Source: a bacterium (GTDB lineage: Bacteria > Zhuqueibacterota > Zhuqueibacteria > Oceanimicrobiales > Oceanimicrobiaceae). From it: 18,455 nucleotides of DNA. The notes under the pieces are model-generated. The model made no database searches. It was not told the DNA's origin and saw only the letters and a program-made list of their open reading frames with translations. The stretch spans positions 1-18,455 of the forward strand of contig JBBIIG010000076.1 of assembly GCA_037446635.1 (NCBI GenBank), in the 5' to 3' direction. Below, piece after piece: positions 14,539 to 18,455 of the stretch (position 1 is the stretch's first letter; every line of letters starts with the position of its first letter). The position numbers were made by a program, and so were the translations under genes.

Positions 14539-15279
14539 TTCATCTTCTAAAGATTTTGTTTTCATGCCGGCGACGAAGGCGGAGTAGCTGCCGTTGTAAC
14601 ACAATTTGCCTTTGTGAATGATGGCGAGGTCGTCGCTGAGCAGACTCACTTCGCCCATAATGTGCGTGGAAAAAATCACGGTCTTGCCTTTGGCGCGAAA
14701 CTCGCGAATTAGTTCAATGATGCTGCGGGCGGAAATCACATCCAGCCCGGCGGTGGGTTCGTCGAAGATCACCACCTCCGGATCGTGAATGATGGTGCGG
14801 ACAATCGACACTTTCTGCTTCATGCCGGTGGAGAGCTTACTGATGCGGCGATTGGCGAAGCTGTGCAATTCAAGCCGCGAGAACAATTCCTCGCGGCGTT
14901 TTTGAAAGGCAGATTTTTCGACGTTGTGCAAGTTTGCATAATACCTGACAAGTTCATTTGGAGTTAAGCGATCATACAGGCCGGTGGTGCCGGTGAGAAA
15001 TCCGATGCGGCGGCGCACTTCGAGCGGTTGTTTCACGGTATCGAATCCAGCAACCAGAATGGTGCCGGCTGTTGGTTTGAGCATGGTGGCGATGAGCCGC
15101 AGGGCGGTGGTTTTGCCCGCGCCGTTTGGCCCCAATAGCGAAAAGACGCGGCCGGGCTGGCACATGAAGCTGATGCCGGCCACTGCCTCGAGGGTGCCAT
15201 CGCCGGCAGTCTTGCCTATTTCCTTTTTTTGTTGGCGCGTCAACTTGAACTGCTTGCGCAGGTTTTGGACTTCAATCAT
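14512..15279 (-). CDS. natA: ABC exporter ATP-binding protein, NatA-like
   Basis: Walker A GPNGAGKTT, signature LSTGMKQK, Walker B IFDEPTAGLD, STH switch. Start at MIEVQNL (15279) with GGAGG upstream. Confidence 0.9.
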   Translation of the reverse strand: MIEVQNLRKQFKLTRQQKKEIGKTAGDGTLEAVAGISFMCQPGRVFSLLGPNGAGKTTALRLIATMLKPTAGTILVAGFDTVKQPLEVRRRIGFLTGTTGLYDRLTPNELVRYYANLHNVEKSAFQKRREELFSRLELHSFANRRISKLSTGMKQKVSIVRTIIHDPEVVIFDEPTAGLDVISARSIIELIREFRAKGKTVIFSTHIMGEVSLLSDDLAIIHKGKLCYNGSYSAFVAGMKTKSLEDEFIRFVEEA

Positions 15280-15352
15280 AATTCTGTCTCCCTCCAAAAA
15301 CTTTTACAACGATTCAAAAAGCGAATGCTGCAAAAGGGCAGCCGTGGGAGAA

Positions 15353-15381
15353 AAAATACTAATATAAACTTATGAAGTCAA
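15353..15381 (-). promoter_or_regulatory. Sigma70-type promoter for natAB
   Basis: TTGACT (15381-15376), 17 bp, TATTTT (15358-15353). Confidence 0.5.
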
Positions 15382-15390
15382 ACAAAGGAT

Positions 15391-15418
15391 TTGCATTCGA
15401 TTTGAAAAACTCTAAATT
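15391..15418 (+). promoter_or_regulatory. Candidate divergent promoter for gatB
   Basis: TTGCAT (15391-15396), 16 bp, TAAATT (15413-15418). Confidence 0.3.
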
Positions 15419-15440
15419 AATTTCAAACTAAAAAATCAAC

Positions 15441-16889
15441 ATGCACTACGAACCGATCATCGGACTTGAAGTTCACGCGCAGTTGCGCACCGAGTCGAAA
15501 ATTTTTTGCCGCTGCCGCACGAAGTTTGGCGGCGCGCCCAACACACAAGTCTGTCCGATTTGTTTAGGCCTGCCCGGGGTGCTGCCAGTGTTGAACCGGC
15601 GCGCGGTGGAATTTGCGGTGCGGCTCGGCCTCGCCAGCAATTGTCAGATTGCGCGGCGTTCGTCATTCGCCCGCAAAAATTATTTTTACCCGGATTTGCC
15701 GAAGGGTTACCAGATTTCTCAATACGATCAGCCGTTGTGCCGCGGCGGATTTATTGAAATCGAAATGGCTGGCGAGATCAAACGCATCAGACTCACGCGC
15801 ATTCACCTCGAAGAGGACGCCGGCAAATCGGTGCACGCCGAAAGTTATGTCTCTGAAAACGAAACGCTAGTGGATGTCAACCGCTGCGGCGTGCCGCTGA
15901 TTGAAATCGTCAGCGAGCCGGACCTACGAACTCCCAAAGAGGCGGCGCTGTACGTTGCCCAACTCCGCCAGATGGTGCAGTACCTCGAAATCTGCGACGG
16001 CAACATGGAGGAGGGCAGTCTGCGCTGCGACGCCAACGTCTCGGTGCGGCCGCTGGGATCGAAAAAGTTTGGCGTAAAAACCGAATTGAAAAATATGAAC
16101 TCCATTCGCGGCGTGGAGAAAGCCCTGGAGTTTGAAATCGCCCGCCAGATTCAAGTGTTGGAGCAAGGCGGCGAAATCGTTCAACAAACGTTGTTGTGGG
16201 ACGCCGACCGCAACGAGGCCCTGCCCATGCGCAGCAAAGAGTACGCGCACGACTACCGTTATTTTCCTGAACCGGATTTAGCGCCGGTGGAGCTGGATGA
16301 AACGTGGCTGAGCGAAATCAAAGCCGGGTTGCCGGAGCTACCGGCTGCGCGCAAGCAGCGGCTTATTCAGCAGTACAACCTTCCGGCTTACGACGCCGGC
16401 GTGCTCACCGACACCCGCGCGCTGGCGGATTTTTTTGAAGAAACCGCCAAAAGCTCCAGCGACGCCAAATCCGCCAGCAACTGGGTGATGGGCGAAGTGC
16501 TGCGGGTGTTGAAAGATTCCGGCGGCGATATTCAGAATTTTCCGGTGAAACCTTCCGAACTCGGGGCGCTCATCCGGCTCATTAACGACGGCGTCATCAG
16601 CGGCAAAATCGCCAAGACCGTTTTTGAAGAAATGGCGCAGAGCGGCAAATCCGCCGTGGCGATCGTTAAAGAAAAAGGTCTGCTGCAAATTTCCGATGCC
16701 GACGAAATCCAGATCATCGTAGCGGAGGTTCTCGAAAAAAACCCTTCCGAGGTTGAAAAATATCTCGCCGGCAAAGAGCAGATTCTGGGCTTTCTGGTGG
16801 GACAAGTTATGAAGGCAACCCGCGGCCAGGCCAATCCGAAGTTGGTGAATGAAGCTTTGCAGGCGGCGTTGAATGAACGCCGCAAATAG
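15441..16889 (+). CDS. gatB: Asp-tRNA(Asn)/Glu-tRNA(Gln) amidotransferase subunit B
   Basis: IGLEVHAQL, CPICLGLPGVLP, RKNYFYPDLPKGYQISQ, HLEEDAGK, GSLRCDANVS, DYRYFPEPDL, GFLVGQVMK. Confidence 0.98.
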   Translation: MHYEPIIGLEVHAQLRTESKIFCRCRTKFGGAPNTQVCPICLGLPGVLPVLNRRAVEFAVRLGLASNCQIARRSSFARKNYFYPDLPKGYQISQYDQPLCRGGFIEIEMAGEIKRIRLTRIHLEEDAGKSVHAESYVSENETLVDVNRCGVPLIEIVSEPDLRTPKEAALYVAQLRQMVQYLEICDGNMEEGSLRCDANVSVRPLGSKKFGVKTELKNMNSIRGVEKALEFEIARQIQVLEQGGEIVQQTLLWDADRNEALPMRSKEYAHDYRYFPEPDLAPVELDETWLSEIKAGLPELPAARKQRLIQQYNLPAYDAGVLTDTRALADFFEETAKSSSDAKSASNWVMGEVLRVLKDSGGDIQNFPVKPSELGALIRLINDGVISGKIAKTVFEEMAQSGKSAVAIVKEKGLLQISDADEIQIIVAEVLEKNPSEVEKYLAGKEQILGFLVGQVMKATRGQANPKLVNEALQAALNERRK

Positions 16890-16905
16890 CGGCTTACAAG
16901 ATTCG

Positions 16906-17676
16906 TCAACTCTCCTCGCGGCTGTTTGTGATTTTTGATTTTTGAAATCGCTGCCGCGCCGCCTCTCCCAACAACAAACACCCGGCATGAGTCAACGACA
17001 ACGACGACGCGCCTTCCGACGCCATGGGGATTTTCACGAAGCCATGACAGCGTTCGCGCAATTTCCCGGAAAGTCCTCGTTTCTCCCCGCCCACGGCTAA
17101 CGCCGCTGGCCCCGTCAAATCGATTTCATAAACCGTGCGTTTGGCGTTGGCGAGGCATCCCCATAATTTAATATTGAAGCGTTCTAATTTTCGCATTTCC
17201 GAAGCTTCGGAAAATTGGATGAGCGGCAGCCGTTCGAAGGCCCCGGACGAAGCGCGCGCCACCGCGGTCTCGTCGAAATCCCACAGATGTTTTTTCAGCA
17301 GCACCGCCTGCGCGCCTAATGCTTCTGCCGAACGCAAAATGTAGCCCAGGTGCTGGGCGTCCTCCACGCCCTCCAACAGCAGCAGCAACGGCGGTGTTTC
17401 GGTGCGGCGAAAGATTTCGTCTAAGTCTTCGAGGGTGTTGGTACGCTTGGCGCCACAAAGCGCGATCGCTCCACCGTGAGTTTTGCCCTGCGCGAGATTC
17501 TGCATTTCTTGCACAGAAACATATTTGATTGGAACGTTTTGGAGTTCCGCCTCGGCCAACAATTCCGCGAAGGCCGCGGGCGGCGCGCCGTTTTTCAGAA
17601 AGATGATTTTAAATTTTCGCTGGCGAGATTGCAGGGCGGCAAGGATCGAATGCTTTCCTTCAAGCTGGATGATCAT
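16906..17676 (-). CDS. TrmH/RlmB-family (SpoU) RNA 2'-O-methyltransferase
   Basis: LEGKHSI N-terminal substrate-binding domain, LEGVEDAQHLGYILRSA, ARASSGA, VGGEKRGL, IPM…SSLSL. Confidence 0.85.
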   Translation of the reverse strand: MIIQLEGKHSILAALQSRQRKFKIIFLKNGAPPAAFAELLAEAELQNVPIKYVSVQEMQNLAQGKTHGGAIALCGAKRTNTLEDLDEIFRRTETPPLLLLLEGVEDAQHLGYILRSAEALGAQAVLLKKHLWDFDETAVARASSGAFERLPLIQFSEASEMRKLERFNIKLWGCLANAKRTVYEIDLTGPAALAVGGEKRGLSGKLRERCHGFVKIPMASEGASSLSLTHAGCLLLGEAARQRFQKSKITNSREES

Positions 17677-17705
17677 TTAACGAAACTATTGCAGAAAAGC
17701 TTGGG

Positions 17706-18455
17706 TTAGTGAATGCCATTTGGCGCCACTTTCAAGTCTGTCCCAGCGATATCCTGCCATGAGTAGAAATGAAAGGTTTTGTCCGTGGACATGGCTACAA
17801 ATAGTCCGCTTGTAAAGGTCTCATTTAAAATAGCATTGGTTACATCCGAGCCGTCGCTCGATTTGGTGGACAGGGCAACGATTTTCACCAACTCGTGCTG
17901 GTGAGGATTGTTGGGAGTTCCTTCGCGTTTATAAATACGAAACTTGTTCGCCTGTTGGTCGGATACGAGAATGTAGCCGGTACCGTCATTTATGGTGTAG
18001 ATCGAAATACCTTCGCGATCGCCGGCAAAACCGTCGGTGCCAAAGGTTGCTAATTCGCGATTGGCATCGGGCGCCTCCGGGTCGGCGAGATATTTTCGGA
18101 TACCGAATAGTTCGTCAGAGTAATAAACATAGCCTAGCGCATCGTCCACTGCTACGGCTTCTATTTCCCCTCTGCCGCTCCATTCACCGAATTCTCTTAC
18201 TTTTGTAAATTGAACTTTGCCAGTGCCGTCGTCCTGCAAGCGGTATTGCCAGAGGTAACGGCCCGATGGTCCCTCTTTTCTGCTGACTACGGCGAAAATC
18301 GTCCCATCCAGAGGTCTTTTGTAAAGGGCAACGCCCATTGGCCGGCGTTGGCTTTCGCCGCCAAAAGCCTCGATGCCGCCGCCATCTATTTGAATCATCT
18401 CCGGCAGGGAGAAGACGCGAATCTTACCGGCGTCGCGATCGGTAACCACGGCAAT
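17706..18455 (-). CDS. Beta-propeller phytase (3-phytase), 5'-truncated by the window edge
   Basis: EIEAVAVDDALGYVYYSDELFGIRKY, DREGISIY, GYILVSDQQAN, SDGSDVT, GLFVAMS. Frame is open to the window end. Confidence 0.85.
   Translation of the reverse strand: MAVVTDRDAGKIRVFSLPEMIQIDGGGIEAFGGESQRRPMGVALYKRPLDGTIFAVVSRKEGPSGRYLWQYRLQDDGTGKVQFTKVREFGEWSGRGEIEAVAVDDALGYVYYSDELFGIRKYLADPEAPDANRELATFGTDGFAGDREGISIYTINDGTGYILVSDQQANKFRIYKREGTPNNPHQHELVKIVALSTKSSDGSDVTNAILNETFTSGLFVAMSTDKTFHFYSWQDIAGTDLKVAPNGIH

Noticed and set aside
15441..16889. gatB without adjacent gatC/gatA
   Set aside because: Dispersed gat genes are common and the partners may lie elsewhere in the genome.
16925..16950. Short gatttt-type tandem units here and at ~5008-5033
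   Set aside because: Only 2-3 low-complexity units with no inverted partner or associated gene.
75..17709. Numerous overlapping or antisense ORFs in the track (e.g. 75-386, 5039-5542, 8658-9215, 13957-14550, 16338-16988)
   Set aside because: Shadow frames of well-supported genes in GC-rich coding DNA, with no recognisable motifs.

Overview
Bacterial chromosomal window. Three proteins ending in an NYPNPFNP-type T9SS/FlgD-like sorting domain suggest an FCB-group organism such as KSB1, Calditrichota or Ignavibacteria (inference). Left part (1-4515): the 3' end of a secreted-protein gene, a MITE-like element, an orphan 3' fragment of malate dehydrogenase, and an AT-richer block encoding a TolB-like beta-propeller lipoprotein and an M4/M36-like zinc metallopeptidase. 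Between these two genes is a candidate antisense sRNA/attenuator switch. A long minus-strand run follows: short asparaginase, DsbD, PAP2 phosphatase, secreted GH31, REP-associated tyrosine transposase (RAYT) with cognate CGTAGT-headed REPs, ddl, a decayed four-helix-bundle gene inside inverted repeats, and a NatAB-like ABC exporter. The window ends with gatB (+), a TrmH/RlmB methyltransferase and a partial beta-propeller phytase (-). The most distinctive signal is non-coding: many intergenic gaps carry a palindromic element, and two insertions appear absorbed into translation (REPs in frame in the GH31 leader; a REP insertion with a duplicated natA/natB junction that creates a coupling mini-ORF). 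All calls come from reading motifs by eye; no database search was run.
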